This document shows positions 9,298-18,214 of a stretch of 64,000 nucleotides of DNA, in pieces. The position numbers and the translations under genes are program-made. Source of the DNA: a virus; the IMG/VR virus record IMGVR_UViG_3300025410_000016, positions 1 through 64,000 of that record, one strand, 5' to 3'. The stretch's first letter is position 1. Every line of letters starts with the position of its first letter. The notes under the pieces are model-generated. The model was given only the letters and a program-made list of their open reading frames with translations, ran no database searches and was not told the origin of the DNA.

Positions 9298-9558
9298 ATG
9301 GCGAAGATGTTCTTTAGTTCTCAGAACTGCAAGGGAGTGACCTCCGGCGCAACTGGTCGGTCCTACGACGCAGACCGCAAGGGCTTCATCCATGTTGAAG
9401 ATCCCCGAGACATTCGAGCACTTGAGGCCGGTGGCTACGTCAAGGCTGGCGGGATGCCTCGCATGGGTCGGTTCTACGTCTGTGAGTGTGGCTGGGAGGC
9501 AGCGATCAAGTCCTGCCCCAAGTGCAACCGTCAAGACCTGATGCTTGTGGAGCGGTAA
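9298..9558 (+). CDS. Hypothetical protein with C-terminal zinc-ribbon motif
   Basis: aggaga RBS; CEC...CPKC. Confidence 0.65.
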   Translation: MAKMFFSSQNCKGVTSGATGRSYDADRKGFIHVEDPRDIRALEAGGYVKAGGMPRMGRFYVCECGWEAAIKSCPKCNRQDLMLVER

Positions 9559-9560
9559 CC

Positions 9561-10058
9561 GTGGTCAATGCCCAAGGCGAAGTCGTCCCGACCTACGGCT
9601 TCACCCAAGCCGGCAAGCCGGTCCACGCTGCAATGGTGGACCACCTCTCTGACGCGAGTGCCTACGCCCGCTTCAATAAGCGGATCGCCTTAGCACTGAC
9701 CAAGTACGTCGGGACCATGACGTGCTTCTGGGTCTTCTGCATGATCTCGCTCTGCAGCCTGCCGGCAGTGCTAAGTCTCGTGGTCCCTCACCTGCGTTAC
9801 GTTTTCCCGCACTGGCTGATCGACGCTTCCATGGTGTCCCTCGTTGCATGGGTCTCCTCAAACTTCCTGCAGTTGGTCCTGCTCCCCGCCCTGATGGTGG
9901 GACAGAACCTCCAAAGTGAAGCCTCCGACGCCCGTGCAGCGAAGACCTTTGAAGACACCGAAGCAATCTTGAGCGCACTCGACATCCACACCGAGGGCGG
10001 ACTCAAGGTCATCTTGGATCGGCTGAACGAGTTGTCTTTGTCGGACCACTCCACGTAA
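9561..10058 (+). CDS. Membrane protein, DUF1003-like
   Basis: FN.RIA...T..VGTM..F..F and QLVLLP.LMVGQN motifs; two hydrophobic segments; start codon uncertain. Confidence 0.65.
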   Translation: MVNAQGEVVPTYGFTQAGKPVHAAMVDHLSDASAYARFNKRIALALTKYVGTMTCFWVFCMISLCSLPAVLSLVVPHLRYVFPHWLIDASMVSLVAWVSSNFLQLVLLPALMVGQNLQSEASDARAAKTFEDTEAILSALDIHTEGGLKVILDRLNELSLSDHST

Positions 10059-10067
10059 GGGGTCATC

Positions 10068-10289
10068 ATGAGGTTCAAGGCTGGCGACCGAGTCGTGCAG
10101 ACCTGCAACATCGACGTTGTCATTGGGTATGCGCCCGATGGCAACGTCGTTGTCGTTTCTGCGCGCTTAGGGATTGATGATCAACCGAGGAAGGTCAGCC
10201 CAGATCAATTCCTCTCCGTCCGCACTCCCGATGGCATCACCACGAACATTTTGGACGAACAGGAGCAAGATGCCACATCCGTTTACTGA
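10068..10289 (+). CDS. Hypothetical protein
   Basis: aagggg RBS, ATG start, fits operon packing. Confidence 0.5.
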   Translation: MRFKAGDRVVQTCNIDVVIGYAPDGNVVVVSARLGIDDQPRKVSPDQFLSVRTPDGITTNILDEQEQDATSVY

Positions 10290-10815
10290 CCTCTCCGGTC
10301 TTGATGAGTTCCGCCAAGGCGGAGCGGGACCTGACGATGATCCGAAGTACCGGCTGCTGTACTCACCGGTCGATGACGTTCACGGTGCGCTGTGTGCGTT
10401 GCTGAACTCCGCTACCCGTTCAATCGTGCTGGCGATGTACGGGTTCGACGATGACGAACTGGCCGGCATCATGAAGGCCAAGATGAGCGACCCCACGGTC
10501 TACGTCCAGTTGACCCTTGATTCCTCTCAGGCTTCCGGGGTGCACGAGAAGGCGCTGCTGGCGGAGCAGAACTTCTCCGCCACCTCCGTGGCAATCGGAC
10601 GCTCAGAGAAAGGTGCGATCATGCACCTGAAGACCGTCGTGATCGATGCGTCCATCGTGATCCATGGCTCTACGAACTGGTCGACCGGTGGCGAGCACAC
10701 CCAAGATAACGAACTGGTGGTCCGCATTGACCCCAAGGAGGCCGCAGAGGTGACGACCCGCATTGCGGCCATCCACACCCACATGCTTGGAGCCGTAGCG
10801 AACCCCAGCGCGTAG
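10270..10815 (+). CDS. Phospholipase D-superfamily protein (single HKD motif, Nuc-like nuclease)
   Basis: MHLKTVVID...HGSTNWS..G...QDNE; aggag RBS before ATG 10270. Confidence 0.85.
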   Translation: MPHPFTDLSGLDEFRQGGAGPDDDPKYRLLYSPVDDVHGALCALLNSATRSIVLAMYGFDDDELAGIMKAKMSDPTVYVQLTLDSSQASGVHEKALLAEQNFSATSVAIGRSEKGAIMHLKTVVIDASIVIHGSTNWSTGGEHTQDNELVVRIDPKEAAEVTTRIAAIHTHMLGAVANPSA

Positions 10816-10831
10816 ACCAGGGTGGCTGGTG

Positions 10832-11065
10832 CTAGTCGGCGCTCCACCCGTAAGAACTGGCGGGCGGGGTGCCGTCCACGAACTCGGCCCCGTAGATCTT
10901 GGCGGTCGCCATGCCCCACCGGATCGCCTCGCCCCGGTTGCGGATCGGGGGCTCGGCGTACTCGATCTTCACGCGCTGGCCGTCGCTCTCTTCGGTGTAG
11001 TAGTGCTGCCCGTAGTGGCTGCCTACCCTGTCGTTGTCACGCCGAAGCGTTACCGTGTGCTTCAT
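10832..11065 (-). CDS. Hypothetical protein in a small reverse cassette
   Basis: 77 aa ORF, coupled by an ATGA overlap to the upstream 28 aa ORF. Confidence 0.5.
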   Translation of the reverse strand: MKHTVTLRRDNDRVGSHYGQHYYTEESDGQRVKIEYAEPPIRNRGEAIRWGMATAKIYGAEFVDGTPPASSYGWSAD

Positions 11066-11148
11066 GTCTTGCTCTCTTCAGGTTGTATGGCGGTCCCGAA
11101 GTCGGCGGACGCTGCTGCCTTCTCGATCTGTTCGCTGGTTATGTTCAT
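11062..11148 (-). CDS. 28 aa leaderless peptide (MNITSEQIEKAAASADFGTAIQPEESKT)
   Basis: ATG lies 6 nt after a CATACT -10 box; its stop overlaps the next start. Confidence 0.4.
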   Translation of the reverse strand: MNITSEQIEKAAASADFGTAIQPEESKT

Positions 11149-11154
11149 GCCCTT

Positions 11155-11182
11155 AGTATGCTCCCCTGGCCGTGAAAGTCAA
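11155..11182 (-). promoter_or_regulatory. sigma70-type promoter (leaderless)
   Basis: TTGACT-16 nt-CATACT-6 nt-ATG on the minus strand. Confidence 0.55.
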
Positions 11183-11212
11183 GGGCGATTTGCTCGGAGC
11201 CGCCGCAAACAC

Positions 11213-11241
11213 TTGACAGCCCCGTACCGACCCGCTACGTT
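11213..11241 (+). promoter_or_regulatory. sigma70-type promoter of the glycosylation operon
   Basis: TTGACA-17 nt-TACGTT, 30 nt upstream of ATG 11271. Confidence 0.6.
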
Positions 11242-11270
11242 TCTACTCGCCCACGTAAGAAAGAGGGCTC

Positions 11271-12389
11271 ATGAAGATCGCCTACTTTACGACCGACTGG
11301 CAGCAATCCCCGACCGACGTTCCCGGCAAGATCCAAATGTCCTACGGGGGCACCTTCTACTACCGAGGTGCGCTCCCCGCTGCTGCACTAGCCCAGCAGG
11401 GCTACGAAACGGTCTTGTCGTGGCGGCTTGAGCAGGCCCCTGATGGGCATCTGAGAGCGTTTGGTGTTGACGGGGAGTGGCATGACCCGGACATCTTTTG
11501 GACGCAGAGATGGATGCACAAAGACGCTGCAGAGCAAATGCGTCGAGCAAGGGCCGCTGGTCAGATCGTCATTGCTGACCTCGATGACGACTTCTGGTCA
11601 CTCGGTAAGACGAACCTTGCCTATCACACCACTGATCCCAAGAACAATCCTGATTTCAATCGTGAGCACTACAAAGCCATGCTTAGTGAGTGCGACCTCG
11701 TAACGGTCTCGACCGATGCTCTGCGTCGTCGGGCCGAGTCTTTCGGCGTGCCCGCCATTGTTGTCCGCAACTCCATCGACATCCAAAACTGGCCGCAGAA
11801 TGATCCGACGAGCAATGGCATGATCGGTTGGGTTGGGGGTATCCAGTGGCGTGCCTACGACCTAGAGATCCTGAAGCCGTGGCTCCCGCAGTTTCTCCGT
11901 GACTATGGCATCCCGGTGTACCACGGTGGGAACAGCAACGTGCCGGACGTTCCGAAGTTCCATCAGAAGACCGGGATCGACCCTACTGAAACCAACGTCT
12001 TGATGGCTCCACTTTGTCACATTGCGGATTACCCGAGGCTTTGGGCACCAATCAACGTCTCGCTCATTCCCTTGGAGCGCGTTCCCTTCAATGATGCGAA
12101 GTCGTGGCTCAAGCAACTTGAATCCTGCGCTGCAGGCGTGCCCTACGTCGTCTCTCACGGCTTCCACGAGCAAGACCTCTTGCTTGCTGAGTCTGCTGGT
12201 CGAGTGGCAAAAAATGAGAAGCCCCGTCAGTGGCGTGAGCACCTTGAGGAACTGCTCGACCCTGAGGTGCGACGAGTCGAGGGTGCAGCGAACCGCAAGG
12301 TCGCTGAAGCCCATGACATCCGACTGAGGTGGCGTGATTGGGAGAACGCCTACGCCACCGTCGTCCCTGGCATCGGTGGTGAGCAGTGA
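11271..12389 (+). CDS. Glycosyltransferase (GT-B fold, GT4-like)
   Basis: YYRG.LP, DLDDDFW, DLVTVST..L, RNSID, IGWVGG, PL....FN.AKS.LK.LE..AAGVP.V.S motifs. Confidence 0.85.
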   Translation: MKIAYFTTDWQQSPTDVPGKIQMSYGGTFYYRGALPAAALAQQGYETVLSWRLEQAPDGHLRAFGVDGEWHDPDIFWTQRWMHKDAAEQMRRARAAGQIVIADLDDDFWSLGKTNLAYHTTDPKNNPDFNREHYKAMLSECDLVTVSTDALRRRAESFGVPAIVVRNSIDIQNWPQNDPTSNGMIGWVGGIQWRAYDLEILKPWLPQFLRDYGIPVYHGGNSNVPDVPKFHQKTGIDPTETNVLMAPLCHIADYPRLWAPINVSLIPLERVPFNDAKSWLKQLESCAAGVPYVVSHGFHEQDLLLAESAGRVAKNEKPRQWREHLEELLDPEVRRVEGAANRKVAEAHDIRLRWRDWENAYATVVPGIGGEQ

Positions 12390-13168
12390 AGATCGGCATC
12401 GGGATCACCACCTACAACCGTCCCGAGTACGCCGAGAAGTGCGCCAAGTCCCTAGCACGCCTCGACGTAGACGGCGTGTACTTGGTGAACGATGGCTCTG
12501 ACCCGAAGCACCGTGGCGCGTATGAGCGTGCGTACAAACCCATCCAGCGGGTCAATGGATCTGTCTATGTCGGCGAGCAGAACCGAGGCGTTGCCGCAGC
12601 GAAGAACGCGCTGCTCCAACGGATGCTCGTAGACGGAATGGACCGACTCTTCTTGATCGAAGACGACATCTTGATCACTGACCCGGCGTGTCTCTCTGCC
12701 TACGTTGAAGCCGCTGAAGCCGCCGGCCTTCACCATCTCTCCTTCGCACACCACGGCCCAGCAAACCTCGGTGGCCCGGTCAAGGTGGAAGGAAAAGTGG
12801 AGTTCTACCCGCATAGCGTTGGTGCGTTCACCATGTTCACTGCCGAGTGCTTGAACGCCGTTGGCTTGCTTGATGAGCACTTGCATAACGCGTGGGAGCA
12901 TGTCGAGCATGAACTCCGGTTGATCGCTGGTGGTTGGATGCCCGGCGCAGATGCGTACTGCTACCCAGACCTTGCTGACTCGGCTGCTTTGTTGAAAGAG
13001 ATTCCCGGCAGTATCGAACGCTCTTCAATTCGAGTGCGGTCCGATTGGGCGCAGAGTATCCGTGAGGGGTTGGTCTACTGGAAGAGCACTCGCCCGAACA
13101 CCTACGCCATGCTGTTCGGTGAGGGGACTCCGCTAGAGCACTACGCTCAGCAAGTGACGGGGGGTTAG
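12386..13168 (+). CDS. Glycosyltransferase family 2
   Basis: GITTYNR, VNDGS, NRGVAAAKN, FLIEDD, EHVEH. Confidence 0.9.
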   Translation: MKIGIGITTYNRPEYAEKCAKSLARLDVDGVYLVNDGSDPKHRGAYERAYKPIQRVNGSVYVGEQNRGVAAAKNALLQRMLVDGMDRLFLIEDDILITDPACLSAYVEAAEAAGLHHLSFAHHGPANLGGPVKVEGKVEFYPHSVGAFTMFTAECLNAVGLLDEHLHNAWEHVEHELRLIAGGWMPGADAYCYPDLADSAALLKEIPGSIERSSIRVRSDWAQSIREGLVYWKSTRPNTYAMLFGEGTPLEHYAQQVTGG

Positions 13169-13170
13169 TT

Positions 13171-13707
13171 ATGGCGCATCAACAGCAACGTGAGTTCATT
13201 GCTTCGCTCACTGAGCAGTTCCCGCAGTTCTTTGTGGGCGGTCACATCTTGGAAGTAGGTTCGCTGAACATCAACGGCACCGTGCGAGACTTCTTCTGCG
13301 ATCCCGTGAAGTACGTGGGGGTTGACGTGGCGGACGGCCCGTGCGTGGATGTTGTCTGTCAAGGCCAAGACCTCGCGTTCCCTGATCAGACCTTCGACGT
13401 GACGGTGAGCGCGGAGTGCTTTGAACACAACCCGTTCTGGGCCGAGACGTTTACGAACATGGTTCGCATGACCCGTAGGGGTGGCCTTGTGTTTTTCACC
13501 TGCGCTACCGAGGGTCGTAAAGAACACGGCACGACTCGAAGTGAACCAGAGACTTCACCCTTGACGGTGGCGCAAGGATGGGATTACTACCGCAACCTCA
13601 CTGAGGCTGATTTTGTTGAGGCTACCGACCTCTCGGCGTTCCGCTCCTATGAGTTCTCGACGAACGATGAGGTTCATGACTTGTACTTCTGGGGGATCAC
13701 GCTATGA
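13171..13707 (+). CDS. Class I SAM-dependent methyltransferase
   Basis: LEVGSLNINGTVR, YVGVD...GP.VD, FDV..S.ECFEH. Confidence 0.9.
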   Translation: MAHQQQREFIASLTEQFPQFFVGGHILEVGSLNINGTVRDFFCDPVKYVGVDVADGPCVDVVCQGQDLAFPDQTFDVTVSAECFEHNPFWAETFTNMVRMTRRGGLVFFTCATEGRKEHGTTRSEPETSPLTVAQGWDYYRNLTEADFVEATDLSAFRSYEFSTNDEVHDLYFWGITL

Positions 13708-14360
13708 GGGTTGGGTTCGTTGGTATCACCGATGGACGAGGCTCGAACCTTGTCGACACTCTGCGCTCTGCAGAGGCTCACCTAAAATACGATTGGTACA
13801 AGCGCTACTTGTTCAACGACGCTGCAGATCTTGAGTACGGGCGTTGGTTGACGCAAACGTTCCCTGACTACATGAAGATCCATCACTACCCGCGTAGGGG
13901 ACTTGGGGGGATGGTGAAGAACGTGTGGACTCACGCTGTTGCTTTGGGTTGGGATTACCTGTGGCATGCCGAGGACGACATGCTCTACACCTCCGATATT
14001 GACGTGGCGCACATGATTGAGATCATGGAAGAGAACCCGGACCTCGCACAGTTGGCCCTGAAGCGTGCGGCGTGGTCCCCTGAAGAGATCTCTGCCGGCG
14101 GGTTTATGAACATGGCCCCCGATCAGTACCGGCAGGCAGACGGGTTTATCAGTCAGCAGAGGCTCTTCACCTTCAACCCGTGCTTGATCCGCAGAGAAGC
14201 AATGTGCCAAGCACTCGATATCGCCCCGGTCATGTTGGAGCGAGAAGTTACTGACACACTCGTGGCGCAGGGCTGGTCCTTCGGGTACTTGGGGGCTTTG
14301 GATGATCCTCCGGTCGTCACTCACACCGGGAACCTTCGAGCGCCGGGTTGGCAACTGTGA
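13704..14360 (+). CDS. Glycosyltransferase (GT-A fold)
   Basis: ITDGR, YLWHAEDD (ExD/DxD), FTFNPCLIR, V.H.G. Confidence 0.75.
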   Translation: MRVGFVGITDGRGSNLVDTLRSAEAHLKYDWYKRYLFNDAADLEYGRWLTQTFPDYMKIHHYPRRGLGGMVKNVWTHAVALGWDYLWHAEDDMLYTSDIDVAHMIEIMEENPDLAQLALKRAAWSPEEISAGGFMNMAPDQYRQADGFISQQRLFTFNPCLIRREAMCQALDIAPVMLEREVTDTLVAQGWSFGYLGALDDPPVVTHTGNLRAPGWQL

Positions 14361-14926
14361 CCACCGTCTTGGTTGGCTATGGATCTCATGGCAAAGACAT
14401 TGAGGCGATCTGGAAGCGCACCAAGACCCCTGAGGTGCTGATCGTCTGCGATGAGGACCCGACGAAAGGACACGCACTCCCCGATGCCCAACTCTTCGAC
14501 TCGGTCATCTTTGGCTCCAACTACCCCGCTGTTCGTTACGCTATGGCACAGCGGATTGAGCACGGACCAGCCCTACCCGTGCTTGATCCTGCCGCAGTCA
14601 TTGGAACGGACGTGTTCGCAGCGCGAGGTTGCGTCATCGCCCCTGCCGCCGTCCTCCTCTGCAGCGTGTACCTCGGGGTTCACGTCCACGTAAACTACGG
14701 CGCTCAGATGACCCGTTGCACGGTTGGCGAGTTCTCAACGATCAGTCCCGGTGCAACAATCTGCGGCGATGTGAACATTGGCAGGCGGTGTCTGATCGGA
14801 GCCGGCGCAACCGTGTGCGACCGCTCGGCGATTGGACATGACGTGACCATTGGGGCGGGGGCAATCGTGCCTCCGCAATCGTTCGTCCCTGATGGGGTGA
14901 CCGTCATCGGGGTGTGGAAGGGATGA
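14357..14926 (+). CDS. Sugar acetyltransferase, hexapeptide-repeat (PglD/NeuD-like)
   Basis: N-terminal VGYGSHGK followed by left-handed beta-helix repeats (ISPGATICGDVNIGRRCLIGAGATV...IGAGAIV); GTGA overlap. Confidence 0.85.
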   Translation: MTTVLVGYGSHGKDIEAIWKRTKTPEVLIVCDEDPTKGHALPDAQLFDSVIFGSNYPAVRYAMAQRIEHGPALPVLDPAAVIGTDVFAARGCVIAPAAVLLCSVYLGVHVHVNYGAQMTRCTVGEFSTISPGATICGDVNIGRRCLIGAGATVCDRSAIGHDVTIGAGAIVPPQSFVPDGVTVIGVWKG

Positions 14927-15669
14927 TCGCCGCCTGCTACACCTGTCGTAATGAGATTGGATTGGTTGAAGTCTCACTCCGGCATATGTTGGCAGAAGGT
15001 ATTGACCACCTCTACGTTGCCGACCACTGCAGTACGGACGGCACTCGCCAAGTCCTTGACCGGTTGGCTGAAGAGACCGGGCGCGTGACTGTGCTTGAGA
15101 ACTCCGACGAGTTCTACCGCCAAGTTCATTGGGTTCAACTGATGATTGACCGTGCCCGAGACGAGGGCTATGAATGGATTGTCCCGAGTGACGTAGACGA
15201 GTTCTGGTACGCACAGGACGGTCGGATCATCGCTGACGTAATCGCCGATTGTGGCACCGACAAACTCTACGCCCCGATGTACTTGCACCGTGATTGGAAT
15301 ACTCGCACTGCACCTGCAAAGCCGCTTCCCAAGGTGGCGTTTCGCCTTTTGGCTGGTGCTCAGATCACCGTTGGAAATCACGAAGTCTCCATACAAGGCG
15401 GGCGCAACGACGTGCTTGCCTTGCGAGAGATCCAGTACTTCTCCCGTGAACATTTCATCCAGAAAACTCGTGCATCAGCCGCAACGATTGGGCCGGCTGA
15501 GCGTGCGAGTGGAGTGGGATGGCATCACACACACCGCGAAGCAATGACCGATGAGCAGATGGAGGCAGAATGGGAAGCACTGTGGGCGGGCGGGACGATC
15601 TGCGATCCAATCCCAAGTCACTTGCCGTCAGCATCGTCGTACCTGTCTACGGGCCAGAGCACTTCCTAA
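14923..15669 (+). CDS. Glycosyltransferase family 2-like
   Basis: RNE....E..LRH....GID...V.DH.STDGT, WIVPSDVDEFW. Confidence 0.85.
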   Translation: MIAACYTCRNEIGLVEVSLRHMLAEGIDHLYVADHCSTDGTRQVLDRLAEETGRVTVLENSDEFYRQVHWVQLMIDRARDEGYEWIVPSDVDEFWYAQDGRIIADVIADCGTDKLYAPMYLHRDWNTRTAPAKPLPKVAFRLLAGAQITVGNHEVSIQGGRNDVLALREIQYFSREHFIQKTRASAATIGPAERASGVGWHHTHREAMTDEQMEAEWEALWAGGTICDPIPSHLPSASSYLSTGQSTS

Positions 15670-16304
15670 GGTCCATGCTCGCCGCAGTTGAGGCGAACAC
15701 TGACGGGGACTACGAACTCATCTTGGTCGACAACGGGACCGGCTATGAGGTGGACGATCCACACGTCACCGTGCTCCGTAATGAAGAGAACCAAGGCTTC
15801 GCCCGTGGCTCGAACATGGGGGCACTGGCCGCACGGGGCAACATCGTGGTCATGTTGAACGTGGACACCGAGCCACAGCCCGGTTGGATTGTGCCGTTGC
15901 TCCTAGCGTTTGAGGACCCGCAGGTTGCCGTCGCCGGCCCACGACTCATCTACCCAGACGGACGCCTGCAGTGCGCCGGGATTCGCACCTGGCACGGGGG
16001 AGGTAACGCCGGTGGCGAGAACCGTCGAGACGAGCACCCGTCGAACTCTGATGAAGACGGAGTGACCGGGGCTTGCCTAGCCGTCCGCACCGCGGTGTTC
16101 TCCGAACTCGGTGGGTTCGATGAGCAGTACTGGAATGGGTACGAAGACGTGGATCTGTGCCTTCGGGTGAAAGAGGCGGGGCACAAGATCGCCTACGTCG
16201 CTGAGTCCGTGGTCGTCCACCACGAGAGCGCCACCGGCCCCGAGCGGTGGAGCCGCACCCATGACAACGTGGCCCGCATGAACGCCTGTTGGGGTGACCG
16301 ATGA
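15570..16304 (+). CDS. Glycosyltransferase family 2 (WbbL-like)
   Basis: VSIVVPVY, LILVDNG, NQGFARGSN.G, LNVDT, VTGACL, GGFDE.Y....EDVDLCLR; exact start uncertain. Confidence 0.9.
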   Translation: MGSTVGGRDDLRSNPKSLAVSIVVPVYGPEHFLRSMLAAVEANTDGDYELILVDNGTGYEVDDPHVTVLRNEENQGFARGSNMGALAARGNIVVMLNVDTEPQPGWIVPLLLAFEDPQVAVAGPRLIYPDGRLQCAGIRTWHGGGNAGGENRRDEHPSNSDEDGVTGACLAVRTAVFSELGGFDEQYWNGYEDVDLCLRVKEAGHKIAYVAESVVVHHESATGPERWSRTHDNVARMNACWGDR

Positions 16305-16972
16305 ACCGGGCACGACTCGTCACCCGCAACGAGGTCACTTGGGAGGTTGCTGCACCATCGTCGAAGTTGGGCTACGACTTCTGGGGCGATTGGGAGAAGA
16401 GTGCGTGGGAGCCCTACACCCTTGAGGTGATTGACCGCTTCGCTGACCCGCACAAGACGTTCATCGACCTTGGTGCGTGGATCGGCCCTACGGCGATGTG
16501 GGCTTCCCGCAACTATGGACGGGTCTTGGCTGTTGAGCCTGACCGGTTGGCCTACTCGTATCTGCGAGCAAACGTGATTGCCAATACTCCTGCGGTGCAG
16601 ACACTCCGAGTGGCTATTGCAGACTACGACGGGGAGATCAACTTGGTCCCTGATCCAGAAGAGGGATGGGGGTCGTCGATGACCCGCGTGGCACTAGAAG
16701 GTGACCCGGTGTCGTGCATGTCGATCACGACGTTGTGTGAGCAGGCCGGCGTGTTCCCTGATCGTATCGGGCTGATCAAGATGGACATCGAGGGTGCGGA
16801 GTCCATCGTGCTCCCGTCGCTCACGGAGTTCTGCATCGAGCACCACGTCCCGCTGTTCGTGTCGATGCACCAGCCTTGGTGGCAGCGACCGCTCGACGTG
16901 TCGTGCTTCGATCAGTTCTCCTCCGTCGAGGGGATCCCCTCGGGTTGGAACTCGGTGCTCGCTCTCCCCTGA
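16301..16972 (+). CDS. FkbM-family methyltransferase
   Basis: FIDLGAWIG, LAVEPD, LIKMDIEGAE. Confidence 0.9.
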   Translation: MNRARLVTRNEVTWEVAAPSSKLGYDFWGDWEKSAWEPYTLEVIDRFADPHKTFIDLGAWIGPTAMWASRNYGRVLAVEPDRLAYSYLRANVIANTPAVQTLRVAIADYDGEINLVPDPEEGWGSSMTRVALEGDPVSCMSITTLCEQAGVFPDRIGLIKMDIEGAESIVLPSLTEFCIEHHVPLFVSMHQPWWQRPLDVSCFDQFSSVEGIPSGWNSVLALP

Positions 16973-16974
16973 CG

Positions 16975-17048
16975 CGGCGAAGCCGGCCACGGGAAGGGAG
17001 AACCCGTGACCGGCTCGCCGGTGCTGCCGTGCCATTAGGGGTGGCACG
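16975..17048. terminator. Two GC-rich hairpins between convergent operons
   Basis: CGGCGA-GCCGG-CACGGG pairing with CCCGTG-CCGGC-TCGCCG (16975-17020), and CGTGCCA/TGGCACG (17028-17048); no U tract. Confidence 0.55.
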
Positions 17049-17061
17049 ACACTTGTGGAGT

Positions 17062-17319
17062 CTAGCGCTGGTTCTTCACGAACGTAGCGACAGACTGGCG
17101 GGTGAGATCATCGACTACAGCGTTGCTCTTGCCAGCATCGAAGCACGGCCCACAGCCGTACTCCTGCATCCCGCACGGACAAGGCTGGTCCCACTTGCGC
17201 CTTGCCCCCGCTGCAGCCCGTAGCCGTCGCTTGAGTTTGCGGATCTTGAACCCCTCGGCAAGATCGTGCATCTCATCCCAAGTGACGAAGATTGTGATTG
17301 CGTACTCCTGCTCTCCCAT
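17062..17319 (-). CDS. Hypothetical protein (Cys cluster)
   Basis: ggaggag RBS; CPC...CGPC; coupled to the upstream ORF. Confidence 0.55.
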   Translation of the reverse strand: MGEQEYAITIFVTWDEMHDLAEGFKIRKLKRRLRAAAGARRKWDQPCPCGMQEYGCGPCFDAGKSNAVVDDLTRQSVATFVKNQR

Positions 17320-17825
17320 CACTCCTCCTCCCGGTACTCGTCCCATCCCACGTAGCGCTCCTCAAGGAGTGCCCACAGCCCAGGCAGGCCGTCTGCAGTG
17401 AGCACTTCGAGTGCCTGTGTAGCAGCAAGCCCAGAGCCGTCGTAGTGGCACTCCCCTTCGACCCACGGGCATCCCTTGGACGAGTAGACGTACTCGTGCT
17501 TCTTGGTCGTCCAGTGGTAGCCAAGGTCAGCAGCCATGATCCCGCGCTTACCGTCGACGTTGCCGATTGCACCAACTTGGCCCGGTATGAGATCGCTCAA
17601 GAACATGGCGAAGACGACCGCCCCCTTCTCGCCAATGAGTGCAAAGCGCATGTCCATCCCGTGTTGACCGTGTCTGCAGTCACCGCGGTCTTGTGAGAAG
17701 TTGCGATGATCGTAACCGGGGTTTATCTGAATAGCGCGGGTGAACTCCCCCCGCTCTTCTCTGATGATGGAGTCTGCTTCTGCACGCTTGCAGCGTTCCA
17801 TGTCTGCTGTACACGACTCTCTCAT
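17319..17825 (-). CDS. Hypothetical protein
   Basis: gaggagg RBS, ATGA overlap; DLGYH...C..DGS motif. Confidence 0.65.
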   Translation of the reverse strand: MRESCTADMERCKRAEADSIIREERGEFTRAIQINPGYDHRNFSQDRGDCRHGQHGMDMRFALIGEKGAVVFAMFLSDLIPGQVGAIGNVDGKRGIMAADLGYHWTTKKHEYVYSSKGCPWVEGECHYDGSGLAATQALEVLTADGLPGLWALLEERYVGWDEYREEE

Positions 17826-18214
17826 GATGCCTCCTCTGGCGTTGCCCTGATGCGTAGCAGCGTGTCGGCCCACGACTCTCCCACCCGTGACTCAACTTCC
17901 AGTGTGTTCGTGATCTGTGCGCTGGACCGTCCACCGTTGAGGTCGTCGATCAGGTCATCGATGGCTGCCTTCGCCTCGTCTGTCGCCGCGTTGGCTTTCC
18001 CAAGGGCACTGAGTAGATCGTCCTTCTCGTAGCAGCATGAGTAGTTGAGGTCGCCGTTGCCAATGCAGTCCCGCAAGCGGCTGATCTCGGCTTGCAGTTC
18101 AGCAACCTGCGCCAGCAAGTCCACTACGTCTTGCCGCAGCCCCGGCAAGAACGGTGGCAGTTTCCACCCCTTCGCCTGTTCTACCCGTGCCAAGATGGCT
18201 ACCTCGTCCATCAC
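17822..18214 (-). CDS. Hypothetical protein (coiled coil)
   Basis: 4-bp overlaps at both ends. Confidence 0.6.
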   Translation of the reverse strand: MMDEVAILARVEQAKGWKLPPFLPGLRQDVVDLLAQVAELQAEISRLRDCIGNGDLNYSCCYEKDDLLSALGKANAATDEAKAAIDDLIDDLNGGRSSAQITNTLEVESRVGESWADTLLRIRATPEEAS

